Source: Thermodesulfobacteriota bacterium (GTDB lineage Bacteria > Desulfobacterota > Desulfobulbia > Desulfobulbales > SURF-16). From it: a DNA stretch of 30,399 nt. The position numbers and the translations under genes were made by a program. Positions 9,537-19,035 of the stretch are shown in pieces (the first letter of the stretch is position 1; each line of letters starts with the position of its first letter). The notes beneath the pieces were generated by a model. It made no database searches, was not told the origin of the DNA, and saw nothing but the letters and a program-made list of their open reading frames with translations. The stretch is from assembly GCA_040755455.1 (NCBI GenBank), contig JBFMAY010000047.1, positions 1 through 30,399 on the forward strand, read 5' to 3'.

Positions 9537-9720
9537 CCTTGATCAATCGGAAAGGGCACGAAAAATTTTTACTCTATCTTAGCAGATTACAGTATCATAA
9601 CACATCAGAATATATTTTTTTTACGATTACCACTCACTTGCAGCCTCGCTGGTCCGGCTGAGTGAAACGCTGATGGTAATCAATGTTTTTTAGGGCCTCA
9701 GTGCGGTCAGGGGGGGCGGA

Positions 9721-11766
9721 ATGGGCAACATCGACATTGAACTTCAGGAATTAAAGATAAAGAATAGATTGTCACGGGTTTTTCTCACCATGCCTGACGA
9801 AAAACTATACGCAGAAGTCCTGAAAATCGTGCTTGAGTGCTTCAGGAGCCGGGTCGGCATCTTCGGCTATTTCGATGAAGAGGGGGCATTCGTCATCCCT
9901 GCCATCACCACGACGGACTACTGGCATCAATGCCAGGTTGCCGATAAGGAAATTATCTTTGAAAAAGCAGATTTCTGCGGAGTCTGGGAAAAGGCCTTTA
10001 CGGAAAAAAAATCTTTTTATGTCAACAACGGACCGTTCCGCATGCCCGAAGGGCACATCTCCATCAACAACACCATGGTCTCGCCCATCATCTTCAGGGG
10101 TAAGATCATCAGCGCCATTCACGTCGCCAACAAAAAAGGAGGGTATGCCGAGGAAGACCTCAGACTGCTGGCCACCCTGACGGATTATCTGGCTCCGGTG
10201 CTGGCCGCCCGGCTGGAACGGGACAAGACGGAAAAGGCCCTTAGAGATTCAGAAGAGCTGCACCGCATCACCGTTGAAAATATTGCCGATCCCGTCTTCA
10301 TCACCGATGACGACGGCAATTTCATCCACGTTTACGGCAATGTTCCCCACGCTTTGGGCTATTCGGTGGCGGAGATCCAGGCCATGGGCAATATCAAACA
10401 ATTGGCCGGCGGCAATCTGTTCGATGCACAGACACTCAGCACCGAGGGAGAAATCCGCAACCTCGACAGCGTGCTCATCGACAAAAACGGCGACAGCCAT
10501 TATTTCCTGACCAACATTAAAAAGGTATCGATCCATAACGGCTCCATTCTTTTCACCTTTCATGAGATCACGGATAAAAAAATGGCCGAGGAGACGAAGG
10601 CCAAACTGGAGAGAAAACTTCGCCAATCCCAGAAAATGGAAGCCATCGGCACCCTGGCCGGTGGTATTGCCCATGATTTCAATAATATCCTGGGCGTCAT
10701 CCTCGGCTACACCGATATGGCCATTGAAGATGCCCCTCCCTATTCGACCTGCGCCAAGGATCTGGACCAGGTTCTCAAAGCCGGGTACAAGGCAAAAGAT
10801 CTTGTCCAGCAAATTCTTGCCTTCAGCCGTCAGGCGAAAGTGAAATGCTTCCTGCTGCAGCCGCAGCCTATTATCAAGGAAACCCTGAAGATGCTCCGCT
10901 CCTCCATTCCCACGACCATAGAAATCCAGCAGGAGATAGAACCTGAATGCGGGGCTGTCTTTGCCGATCCGACCCAGATCCATCAGATCCTGATAAATCT
11001 CTGCACCAATGCCTATCATGCCATGGAAGAAAAAGGCGGAATTCTGCGCGTTGAACTGAAAAGGACGTATTTGCACTGCATTGATTTCCCGGAATATCCC
11101 TCCCTGCAAACAGGTTCATATGTCGAGCTGGTGGTTCGCGACAGCGGGGCAGGAATCGATCCCGCCATCAAAAACAAAATTTTCGATCCCTACTTTACCA
11201 CCAAGCACACAGGCAAGGGAACCGGCCTGGGACTTGCCATTGTCCACGGCATCATAAGAGACTACGGAGGGGCGATAAGGGTCAGCAGTGAGCCTGGCAA
11301 GGGCACGGCCTTTCACATATTCTTCCCCGCCTCGGAGGAAAAGGCCCTGCCCACGGAAGAAGGGGCTGAATCCCCCCCTTCGGGCGCGGAGCGGGTACTT
11401 TTCATCGATGACGAGGAAATGATCGCCGATATGGGCAAGAATATGCTTGAAAGACTGGGTTATTGCGTGACGACACAGGGCAACAGCTTTGATGCCCTGC
11501 GGGTATTCCGGAACCATCCCGACCACTTTGATCTGGTCATCACCGATCAGACCATGCCAGGCCTGACCGGCGCCGAACTGGCCGAGAAAATGCTGCGGAT
11601 CCGGCCCGATATTCCCATCATTCTCTGCACCGGCTACAGCAGCATCATCTCCGCAGAAAAGGCCAAGGCCATCGGCATCAGGGAGTTTCTCATCAAGCCG
11701 ATCGTGAAAAAGGACATCGCCCGGCTCATCAGAAAAGTACTGGACAGGGCAACATGTTTGCCCTGA
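9721..11766 (+). CDS. Cytoplasmic hybrid histidine kinase (GAF-PAS-HisKA-HATPase-REC)
   Basis: N-terminal GAF ([22 protein letters not shown]), PAS, H-box [25 protein letters not shown] and receiver TDQTMP. No TM segment. Confidence 0.93.
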   Translation: MGNIDIELQELKIKNRLSRVFLTMPDEKLYAEVLKIVLECFRSRVGIFGYFDEEGAFVIPAITTTDYWHQCQVADKEIIFEKADFCGVWEKAFTEKKSFYVNNGPFRMPEGHISINNTMVSPIIFRGKIISAIHVANKKGGYAEEDLRLLATLTDYLAPVLAARLERDKTEKALRDSEELHRITVENIADPVFITDDDGNFIHVYGNVPHALGYSVAEIQAMGNIKQLAGGNLFDAQTLSTEGEIRNLDSVLIDKNGDSHYFLTNIKKVSIHNGSILFTFHEITDKKMAEETKAKLERKLRQSQKMEAIGTLAGGIAHDFNNILGVILGYTDMAIEDAPPYSTCAKDLDQVLKAGYKAKDLVQQILAFSRQAKVKCFLLQPQPIIKETLKMLRSSIPTTIEIQQEIEPECGAVFADPTQIHQILINLCTNAYHAMEEKGGILRVELKRTYLHCIDFPEYPSLQTGSYVELVVRDSGAGIDPAIKNKIFDPYFTTKHTGKGTGLGLAIVHGIIRDYGGAIRVSSEPGKGTAFHIFFPASEEKALPTEEGAESPPSGAERVLFIDDEEMIADMGKNMLERLGYCVTTQGNSFDALRVFRNHPDHFDLVITDQTMPGLTGAELAEKMLRIRPDIPIILCTGYSSIISAEKAKAIGIREFLIKPIVKKDIARLIRKVLDRATCLP

Positions 11767-11775
11767 GATTGTCCG

Positions 11776-12555
11776 TTACCTTCTCTTCCTCGGCTGCAGA
11801 GTGGGTATATCGGCCAGCACCAGTTTCAGCCAGTCAAAGCCGAAAGAGAGCAATGCCTCGTCATCATTTTCAATGGACCGGATGCGGGTCTGGGGCAGCT
11901 TGAACCGCCCCGGCAGGTTATGGTGCCGCACATAGTCCCTGAAGCCGTCGATATTGTAACAGACCAGGAAGGCAAGCTTCTGCCGGGGCCCGGCCGCTCC
12001 TTCTCCTGCCCATGGGTTACGGGAAAAAAGCGTATCCATCTCCGCCCATTGATCGGCCATGGCGTTATGAAATTGGAGATGCTGGCTCTGCAACCACTCT
12101 TTCACCGTCCACTCCTGCTTCTCCTCATGCCCTTTGCAGTAGTCATGTCTGGTCAGAAAGTAAAATTCTTCCGCCCGGCCCTTCTCCGGGGTCCGGTCCA
12201 CCCCCCGCTCCAGGGGATACATGCGGCAGGATAGCGGCCTGTGCTCGTAAACCGTGCATCCGGCCTCCCCGAGAAAAGGACAGGCGTTGGTTGAGGTCAT
12301 TTTCATCATCAGCGAGGGGAAAAATGGATTTGCCCCCTGCACCACCTGAACATATTGCTCCAGGAAAAGATCGGAGCGGATGCCGAGGCAATTCTTCAGC
12401 TCTATAATATCATAGGGATACAGGAGCATATCCACGTTGCGGCAGCAGGACATGAAGCAGGACACCCCGGCATGGCAGGAAAATGTAAATTTTTCTTTAC
12501 CCAACGGGACCATGCCCGCGGGGAAGGATTTTTCTTGTTTAGTCATAGCGTGCAT
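11776..12555 (-). CDS. YkgJ-family cysteine-cluster protein (putative Zn/Fe-S binding)
   Basis: FSCHAGVSCFMSCC and CPFL...CTVYEHRPLSCRMYP motifs. The start is placed at 12555 (or 12546) because a promoter-like element overlaps the longer 12615 start. Confidence 0.88.
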   Translation of the reverse strand: MHAMTKQEKSFPAGMVPLGKEKFTFSCHAGVSCFMSCCRNVDMLLYPYDIIELKNCLGIRSDLFLEQYVQVVQGANPFFPSLMMKMTSTNACPFLGEAGCTVYEHRPLSCRMYPLERGVDRTPEKGRAEEFYFLTRHDYCKGHEEKQEWTVKEWLQSQHLQFHNAMADQWAEMDTLFSRNPWAGEGAAGPRQKLAFLVCYNIDGFRDYVRHHNLPGRFKLPQTRIRSIENDDEALLSFGFDWLKLVLADIPTLQPRKRR

Positions 12556-12599
12556 CGATAATTTTATTAGTCTGAAAACAAACGGTGACAAAGCAGACG

Positions 12600-12628
12600 A
12601 AGTTACCATCTGCATAACTGAAGGTCAA
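12600..12628 (-). promoter_or_regulatory. Candidate sigma70 promoter for the YkgJ-family gene
   Basis: The minus strand reads TTGACC-N17-TAACTT, with an extended -10 TGn. Confidence 0.45.
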
Positions 12629-12665
12629 GCTTGTCTATCGCATCACTGGGCAACAGCAGGGGGTA

Positions 12666-12929
12666 TCAGCTGTAAATAAAAACATAGTCGTCATTATTGA
12701 TACTGATGCGGAGCCGGCCGCCATGATTGCGGCCATAAACCTCCCAGCCGGGCGCCCCTTTGATCTCGCACTGCAGGCAGCCAGGCGAGTGTTTATCTCT
12801 GCCCCGGTCGTTCCAGGCAATCAGCATGGGCTCCTCCTCTTCATCCCGCCCGGCAACGGCCAGGGCCATCCTTCTTGCCGTCTCGAAATCCACTGCGCAA
12901 CCTTTCACCAAAAGGTCAATCTCCTGCAT
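12666..12929 (-). CDS. AF1514-family (DUF5619-like) protein; may be the C-terminal domain of a longer UGA-readthrough product starting at 13070
   Basis: EPMLIAWNDR...HSPGCLQC...PGWEVYG..HGGRLRISIN...YVFIY resembles the AF1514 family. ATG at 12929, with GGAGG 13 nt upstream. Confidence 0.75.
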   Translation of the reverse strand: MQEIDLLVKGCAVDFETARRMALAVAGRDEEEEPMLIAWNDRGRDKHSPGCLQCEIKGAPGWEVYGRNHGGRLRISINNDDYVFIYS

Positions 12930-12989
12930 GATGGTCTTGCTTCCTCCCTGGGCGCCTGATTTTTCCAGATAAAATCCGCTGGCCACGCC

Positions 12990-13070
12990 TCACATATCTC
13001 TGCGGTAGAGTTGGCAAAGCTCCCGAATTTGCCGAATTTCATCTACGCTGAGTCGTGCTGTTTTCGTCAT
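12990..13070 (-). CDS. Small ORF MTKTARLSVDEIRQIRELCQLYRRDM; its TGA is in frame with the AF1514-family gene (candidate selenocysteine codon)
   Basis: GGAGGTGATC (13080-13071) sits directly before the ATG. The peptide looks like an amphipathic helix, and the frame stays open after the TGA to 12666. Confidence 0.6.
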   Translation of the reverse strand: MTKTARLSVDEIRQIRELCQLYRRDM

Positions 13071-13110
13071 GATCACCTCCATGGCGAAAGCATCCAGCAA
13101 TGCATCTAGA

Positions 13111-15267
13111 TTACTGTTGAGCAAACAGTTCGCGGATGGCAAGCAGCAGTTTATCCGAACGGTAAGGTTTCTGAATAAAGGCACAGGCCCCATCTTTAAG
13201 CAATTGCTGGGCCTGATAATCCATGCTGAAGCCGCTGACGATAATGACTTTTACATCCGGATTTATCTTCCTGAGTTCATAAAAAACTTCGGTGCCGTTT
13301 TTCTTCGGCATAATCATATCCAGGAGCACGAGATCGATTGTATCGCGGTTGGTCCTGTAAACGGCTATGGCGTCCTCGCCGTCCTCGGCCAACAGGACAT
13401 TGTACCCTTTTTCGCCCAGCAGAACCTTTGTGAAATCCCTGACCACCGCTTCATCATCGACCAGCAGGATGTTCTCGGTGCCGCCGGGTGTTTCCCCTGC
13501 GTGTTTTCTGTCTGGTCCGGCTGGCTTATCTTTTCCTGCTTCTCCAGCCAGAGCGGAAGGCAGGTATATTGCAAAAGTGCTTCCCTCCCCCGGTTTGCTG
13601 ATCACATCAATATATCCATCATGATTTCTTATGATGCCGTAAACCATGGAAAGCCCGAGACCGGTTCCCTGCCCTTTTTCTTTTGTGCTGAAAAAAGGAT
13701 CAAATATCTTGGACAAAATGTCCGGGCTCATGCCTGAACCGGTATCGGAGACCGCCATACCCACATATTCACCGGGTTGACACACATCACCCGTGGAAAA
13801 GCTCTTCTTTTCCAAATAAACAGTAAAAGTCTTGATGAGGAGTTCGCATCTGTCCCGACCTGTCATGGCATCCCTGGCATTGATGCAGAGGTTGAGCAGC
13901 ACCTGGTTCATTTGCGAGGCATCGGCCCTCACATTCCGGAGGTCCGGGGCAAAATCTTTTAAAATAACGATCTTCTTTTCAATGGTGTGCGCGAGTATTT
14001 CCAGCACCTCTTCCGCTATTTCATTGAGATTTACATCCTCAATCAGATATTTCCCTCCCCTGGCAAACGCCAGAAGCTTCCTGGTCAGCTCGGAACCTCT
14101 TATCGCCGCCTTTTCTATGATCTTCGCATACTGATGCACATCCTTATCGGCAGGAGTTTGGAGCCTGATCAGGCCCGCATACCCCATCATGCCCGAAAGG
14201 ATGTTGTTGAAGTCGTGAGCCACTCCGCCGGCAAGCAAGCCGATACTTTGCAGCTTATGGGCCTGGGCAAGCTGTTTCTCCACCTCTTTTTTTTCGCTGA
14301 TGTCTCGTATGATAGTCTGCAACAGAGCACTTTCGTTTGCCAGGAGGCCATCCTCTTCATTTATGATGCGGCTGCTGAACAATTTCATGGAAACCAGGGC
14401 GGGCAGCTCCGAGCCATCTTTTCTCCTGAAAACAACCTCCATATTTTTTACTTCTCCGACCTCAAAAAGCTCAGCTAAAAGTCTCTCTCTTGCCCATGGA
14501 TCAAAGTAAAAGTCCTTCGCGTTCTTGATGCGGAGATCCTTCTCGTCAATTTGAAACATCTCACGGTAGGCATGATTGCAGGAAAGCAGTCTGCCGCTCG
14601 CGGTCGAAATGACTGTTCCGTCAGGGGCAAATTCAAAAAAGGTCCTGAATTTCTCTTCTGAGGTCTGCAGCTTTTGCTGTTCGTCCAAAAGTTTCTGATG
14701 CGATCTGTTTATCTGCTCCTCCACATCCTGGATTTTGAAGACAGGGAGCAGAAAAAGCGCGATTCCTTCAAGCGTCCCGCATGCAAGGGAAAACAGCAGC
14801 AACATGAGGGTTTGCTTTTCCAGTTCTTCAAGGGAAATACCCACTTTTACCAAGGCATAGATACTTCCCCCGTAAGTCACTTTTTGTTCCGATGCTACCA
14901 TTGACCAGCGATGAGCAGGAAGGGTACCGGATGTCAACTCCTCAATCAGGTTGTTATTGCGGTCAAAAATTTCTATGCGGGTGATATTGGCAACAGCGAG
15001 TTGCGCATTAATTTCTTCCTTCCAGGCCAAGGGATGCTTTTCCAGAACCTCCCGGAAGATGGAAGCAATATAGTTGGCGTGCACCGCCGCCTGCCGGACA
15101 GCATTGGTCCTTCCCAGATAATAGTAACTTGCGGGAATGGCAATACATATAAAAATGCCGGCAAGGAAGGAAAGCGGCAGCATCCTGACGGAAAAAGAGC
15201 GGGTAACGAGGTACGGGGTATCGGCCAGGAACAGGCTTTTAATCCTGGAGATAAATGATTTTTCCAT
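13111..15267 (-). CDS. Membrane-bound hybrid histidine kinase (short periplasmic domain, PAS, HisKA, HATPase, REC)
   Basis: Two TM helices, PAS, H-box [33 protein letters not shown] and receiver LDMIMP...KP. Confidence 0.93.
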   Translation of the reverse strand: MEKSFISRIKSLFLADTPYLVTRSFSVRMLPLSFLAGIFICIAIPASYYYLGRTNAVRQAAVHANYIASIFREVLEKHPLAWKEEINAQLAVANITRIEIFDRNNNLIEELTSGTLPAHRWSMVASEQKVTYGGSIYALVKVGISLEELEKQTLMLLLFSLACGTLEGIALFLLPVFKIQDVEEQINRSHQKLLDEQQKLQTSEEKFRTFFEFAPDGTVISTASGRLLSCNHAYREMFQIDEKDLRIKNAKDFYFDPWARERLLAELFEVGEVKNMEVVFRRKDGSELPALVSMKLFSSRIINEEDGLLANESALLQTIIRDISEKKEVEKQLAQAHKLQSIGLLAGGVAHDFNNILSGMMGYAGLIRLQTPADKDVHQYAKIIEKAAIRGSELTRKLLAFARGGKYLIEDVNLNEIAEEVLEILAHTIEKKIVILKDFAPDLRNVRADASQMNQVLLNLCINARDAMTGRDRCELLIKTFTVYLEKKSFSTGDVCQPGEYVGMAVSDTGSGMSPDILSKIFDPFFSTKEKGQGTGLGLSMVYGIIRNHDGYIDVISKPGEGSTFAIYLPSALAGEAGKDKPAGPDRKHAGETPGGTENILLVDDEAVVRDFTKVLLGEKGYNVLLAEDGEDAIAVYRTNRDTIDLVLLDMIMPKKNGTEVFYELRKINPDVKVIIVSGFSMDYQAQQLLKDGACAFIQKPYRSDKLLLAIRELFAQQ

Positions 15268-16405
15268 CTACTATCCTGGTGATATAGATCTTATCAAGTC
15301 CCTGGTGATCAATCCGGCTGAAACTGACCTTTTCCCCGATGCCGATATCGAATTCATGCATATCTTCAATGGTTTTGACAAGCGATTCCCTGTCAAGATC
15401 AGCCCCCTTCCTTTTCAGGGCCTCGACAAAAAGTTTGGCGTTTAAAAAACCCTCAAGGGAAACCTGGTTAGGCTCAGTGTCCGGGAAAAATGTCTGCATG
15501 AGTTGCCGGTATTCCCTGACAGTCGGTAAAGAGGTATCAGATATGGAGGGAAAGACCTGGGTAACGAACACCCCGGCCTTGCACTGGGGTAAACGTTTAG
15601 CCAGTTCATGAGCGCCCACAAAAGAGACCGTGGAGAACAAAACGTCTTGCATCCCCTGCCTGACTGCCTCCACGATAAATGCCGCGCAGGGATCGGCAGT
15701 GCCAATCATGACAACAACATCAGGATTACATTTTTTTATTTCCTGGACCTGGGTCTCAACATCCGACACCCCGCGAATATATGAAGCCTCCGCCACCAGG
15801 CCAAGGTCATATTTGATCAGGCGGCGCTCAACACCATCACGTCCGTTAAGGCCGTAGGCGTCATTCTGGTAAAACACGGCAATACGTCTCTTCCCCTGTT
15901 TGACGAAGTAATCCACCGCCGCGGCACCCTCGTCCCAGTAACTTGGACGGAGATTCAAAACGTAATTTTTAATGGGCTGACGGAGTTCAATTGCGCCGGT
16001 AAATGGGAAAAGCAAGGGAATTTTTTGTTGCTCGCACTGTTCGACAATGGTCAGGGTGGTGGGTGTGCCGACAAGACCGATAAGGGCGAAAACCCGGTCT
16101 TTGTCAATCAGGCGCCTCACATTACTGATCATGAGAGGCGGGTTGTAGTCATCGTCGTAGGCCACGCACATGATTTTACGCCCATGAACGCCGTTTTGAC
16201 TGTTAACGTGCTTAAAATAGGCATTCATGCCGGTGAAGATACCGAGACCCAGGTAGGATGCGTGGCCCGTGAGCGGCAAAGAGGTGCCGATCAGTATGTC
16301 GCTGCCGGGCACATCCTGCCCTGCTGCCTCAGCTGATTGGGGTTCAATGGAGAAAAAGGGCTGAAACAACCCGAAAACAAGAAATAGCATTACAAACCAG
16401 CGCAT
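15239..16405 (-). CDS. Periplasmic solute-binding protein, branched-chain amino acid/LivJ-like (PBP type 1)
   Basis: Signal peptide, IGTSLPLTG, NGVHGRKI...DDDYNP, FALIGLVGTPT and FYQNDAYG. The start is ATG 16405 or TTG 16423. It overlaps the kinase start by 29 nt. Confidence 0.9.
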   Translation of the reverse strand: MRWFVMLFLVFGLFQPFFSIEPQSAEAAGQDVPGSDILIGTSLPLTGHASYLGLGIFTGMNAYFKHVNSQNGVHGRKIMCVAYDDDYNPPLMISNVRRLIDKDRVFALIGLVGTPTTLTIVEQCEQQKIPLLFPFTGAIELRQPIKNYVLNLRPSYWDEGAAAVDYFVKQGKRRIAVFYQNDAYGLNGRDGVERRLIKYDLGLVAEASYIRGVSDVETQVQEIKKCNPDVVVMIGTADPCAAFIVEAVRQGMQDVLFSTVSFVGAHELAKRLPQCKAGVFVTQVFPSISDTSLPTVREYRQLMQTFFPDTEPNQVSLEGFLNAKLFVEALKRKGADLDRESLVKTIEDMHEFDIGIGEKVSFSRIDHQGLDKIYITRIVDGKIIYLQD

Positions 16406-16607
16406 ATCGGTATTTATACGCAAAACATATCTACTTGTCGAGTGATTTTTGCCTTGCCCACTCCGTCAATTTACCATGCCGGCATCCCTTACGCTGTAGG
16501 GGTTTCCTATAACCTTTTTCCTCAAATGATGAAGTTCAATTGAAGTTAAAAACACCTAAGCCATGCAAAATTTAGTGGTTAGCAAAGGAGGTTTTTCGCA
16601 AAATACT

Positions 16608-16637
16608 TTGATTTTCTTTTATTTTTCGACATAAAAT
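16608..16637 (+). promoter_or_regulatory. Candidate sigma70 promoter for the rhodanese gene
   Basis: TTGATT-N18-TAAAAT in an AT-rich divergent intergenic region. Confidence 0.35.
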
Positions 16638-16732
16638 AAAAATCAGCTTGTACCACAAACGTCTACTTCGTTTTCGCACAACCCGCCAAACTCACTATGA
16701 CAACCGGCAATAAATAACAGGAGGTATTATTT

Positions 16733-17470
16733 ATGAAAAAGCAATGGATGCCGCGCCTGCTCACCTTAATGATCTGCTGTGTTTTTTTTCTCCTGCCGGC
16801 AAACGTGGTGGCGGCAGAGGAAAAATTCAAAACCATCACCACGACAGAATTGAAACAAAAAATGGACGCCCACGCACCCCTCACTCTGATTGACGCCTTG
16901 AGCGCCATCGAACATAACGAACTGGCGATCGTGGGTTCGATTAATATTCCCAGCAGTAAAGTCACGACTGACCACCCATTAATGCCGGCAGACAAGGCAA
17001 GTCTGCTCATTTTCTACTGCAAAGGTCCCAAATGCTCCAAAAGCAAAGAGGCGGCAGAGCGGGCTATTGCCCTGGGCTACACCAATGTCATGGTTTACAA
17101 TGACGGCCTGCCCGATTGGGCCAAGAACGGTTACCCGGTCGAGACCCATGTGGACTACCCGAAAACTGAACTGCCCCGCCTGACCCCCCAGGAAATGCAG
17201 GCCCAGGCTGCCAGCGCCGTTCTGCTTGACATCCGGGGTGACGAGGTAAAAGATGTCGGCAGAATCAAAGACGCCGTCAGCATCCCCTTAGATGACATGG
17301 ATGAGAAATTCGGCACCCTGCCCAAGGGCAAGAAAATCATTATCTTCGACCACGCCGGCAAACAGGTCAGTATCTGCGGAAAGTTTCTGACTATGAAGGG
17401 TTATACCGATCTGGCCGTGATGGATGGCGGGATTCTGGCATGGAAGCGTGCCGGGCTGCCCACTGAATAA
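16733..17470 (+). CDS. Periplasmic tandem-domain rhodanese (sulfurtransferase-like)
   Basis: Strong RBS AGGAGG and a Sec-type signal peptide (..VVA-AEE). Domain 1 has FYCKGPKCSKS and GLPDW...GYP; domain 2 has IFDHAG (Cys replaced by Asp) and GGILAW...GLP. Confidence 0.9.
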   Translation: MKKQWMPRLLTLMICCVFFLLPANVVAAEEKFKTITTTELKQKMDAHAPLTLIDALSAIEHNELAIVGSINIPSSKVTTDHPLMPADKASLLIFYCKGPKCSKSKEAAERAIALGYTNVMVYNDGLPDWAKNGYPVETHVDYPKTELPRLTPQEMQAQAASAVLLDIRGDEVKDVGRIKDAVSIPLDDMDEKFGTLPKGKKIIIFDHAGKQVSICGKFLTMKGYTDLAVMDGGILAWKRAGLPTE

Positions 17471-17490
17471 ATTCAGTGGCAAAATTATAA

Positions 17491-17533
17491 GGACAAAAAA
17501 AAGAGATGTCCTGCAGCATCTCCTTTTTTATCC
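17491..17533 (+). terminator. Intrinsic terminator after the rhodanese gene (possibly bidirectional)
   Basis: A8-GAGATG-tcctgcag-CATCTC-C-T6: a stem-loop flanked by A and T tracts. Confidence 0.65.
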
Positions 17534-17598
17534 CTAAAAAATGTAACACAATCAGATATTTCTCAGAAAATATCGCAGACTCCTGTTGAGAACGGCCC

Positions 17599-19035
17599 AT
17601 GAAGATCGGCAGCAAAAGAAAACTCTACTTCTTTTTTCTCCTCCTATTCACCATTTCCGGGGCGATTATCTCCTACGCCCTGCTGGCCACGAAAGAATTC
17701 AACAGAGAGGTGAAAAAGGTAAGCCAGCAAGTCTATCCGGAGACCAAAATCGCCATTGAGATAAAAGGACTGGTGACCAATGTCATTGAGAAATTTAATG
17801 TCTCCAGGGCTGCCGGCACGGAAAGTGAGCTGGGCAACATCCAGGCAATAGATCAACAGGTCATCGGCCTGATGACCGATCTGCAGAACCTCAACCGCGA
17901 AAACCCTGAAGGCACCCGGCAGATTGAAGCTGTCAGAGAAATATATCAGGCATCCTTTGCGGCAGGAAAGCAGATGATTGCGGCCAGCATCGCCCAAGAC
18001 TATGGCGATGAAGCAGCATGGACGAAAAATTTTGATGAGCAGAACAACAATCTTCTGCAGTCGCTGAATAACATCGTCACGGCCAGCACCCAGAGCCACA
18101 ACCGGGCAATGGATCATGTCCTGGCCGTCAGCCGGCAACTCAACCGGATTCTTCTTTTTTCCATCTCCCTCATGGTCGCCATCGGTATGATCATCTTTTA
18201 TATGATCGACATGATATCAAGACAGTTTAACAGGATGGGGGTGGAATCAACCCAGGCCACCGGCGGACTGCTTGAGGCCGTCGACATTATTAATGCCATG
18301 TCCAGCCATCTGGCCGCTGAAACAAACTCATCGGCAACCGCCTTGGCGGAAATAGCGGCGACCATGGACCAGATGACTCTGCAGGCCAAACAAAATCTTG
18401 AGGCCGCCCACACCGCGGATAATGCAGCCAACAGTCTCTACAGCACGGCAACACGGTCCAACAAATCCATCAATGATGTGGTTGATGCGATGACCGCCAT
18501 GGTTGAGGCGGACCGGGAAATCTCATCCCTGGTCAAGACCATAGAAGATATCGCCTTCCAGACCAATCTTCTTGCCTTGAATGCCGCGGTTGAAGCCGCA
18601 CGGGCAGGTGAAGCCGGCGCCGGATTCGCCGTGGTGGCCGACGAGGTAAGAAATCTCGCCACCCGAACAACGGAAACATCCAGCAAGGTCGCCAGCATCA
18701 TCAAACGCCTCGATGAAAAGGTGACCTCGGGCGTGCAGATGGTGGACCATCTGAAAACAACCTTTGCTGAAATCAACACCGAGTCCGACGCCGTGGTCCG
18801 GGAGATGACAAAAATCAAGGAAACCGGCAGACAGCAGTCCGAAACCGAAGTAAAAATCAAAGAGGCGGTTTCCTCCATAGATGATATGGTGCAGTCCCAT
18901 GCCTCCATGTCCGAAGAGGGGTCAGCCACTGTGCAGGATGTGAAGGAGCAGGTGGAGAGGCTGTATCTGATGATGGAGGAACTGATGGTCTTCTGGGAAG
19001 GAAACCGCAAAAAATACCAGCAGCATGATCAGTGA
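17599..19035 (+). CDS. Methyl-accepting chemotaxis protein (four-helix-bundle-type periplasmic domain, no HAMP)
   Basis: Two TM helices around a ~150-aa helical domain, and [37 protein letters not shown]. Confidence 0.93.
   Translation: MKIGSKRKLYFFFLLLFTISGAIISYALLATKEFNREVKKVSQQVYPETKIAIEIKGLVTNVIEKFNVSRAAGTESELGNIQAIDQQVIGLMTDLQNLNRENPEGTRQIEAVREIYQASFAAGKQMIAASIAQDYGDEAAWTKNFDEQNNNLLQSLNNIVTASTQSHNRAMDHVLAVSRQLNRILLFSISLMVAIGMIIFYMIDMISRQFNRMGVESTQATGGLLEAVDIINAMSSHLAAETNSSATALAEIAATMDQMTLQAKQNLEAAHTADNAANSLYSTATRSNKSINDVVDAMTAMVEADREISSLVKTIEDIAFQTNLLALNAAVEAARAGEAGAGFAVVADEVRNLATRTTETSSKVASIIKRLDEKVTSGVQMVDHLKTTFAEINTESDAVVREMTKIKETGRQQSETEVKIKEAVSSIDDMVQSHASMSEEGSATVQDVKEQVERLYLMMEELMVFWEGNRKKYQQHDQ

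Noticed and set aside
9660..9681. GAAAC-GCTGATG resembling hammerhead or fluoride riboswitch cores
   Set aside because: The order and spacing of the core elements fit neither family. It is kept only as an unassigned stem-loop.
12606..12668. Readthrough of the second TGA, at the end of the AF1514-family gene
   Set aside because: The domain ends naturally at YVFIYS, and the downstream frame is short and featureless.
13071..13080. GATCACCTCC as a 16S rRNA 3'-end fragment
   Set aside because: There is no flanking rRNA sequence. It is better explained as a Shine-Dalgarno on the minus strand.
16470..16515. Minus-strand GGAAACCCCT...AAGGGATGC, loosely like a c-di-GMP-I riboswitch
   Set aside because: It lacks the GNRA tetraloop, the GCAAA/GACGCAAA junctions and the second stem with a tetraloop receptor.
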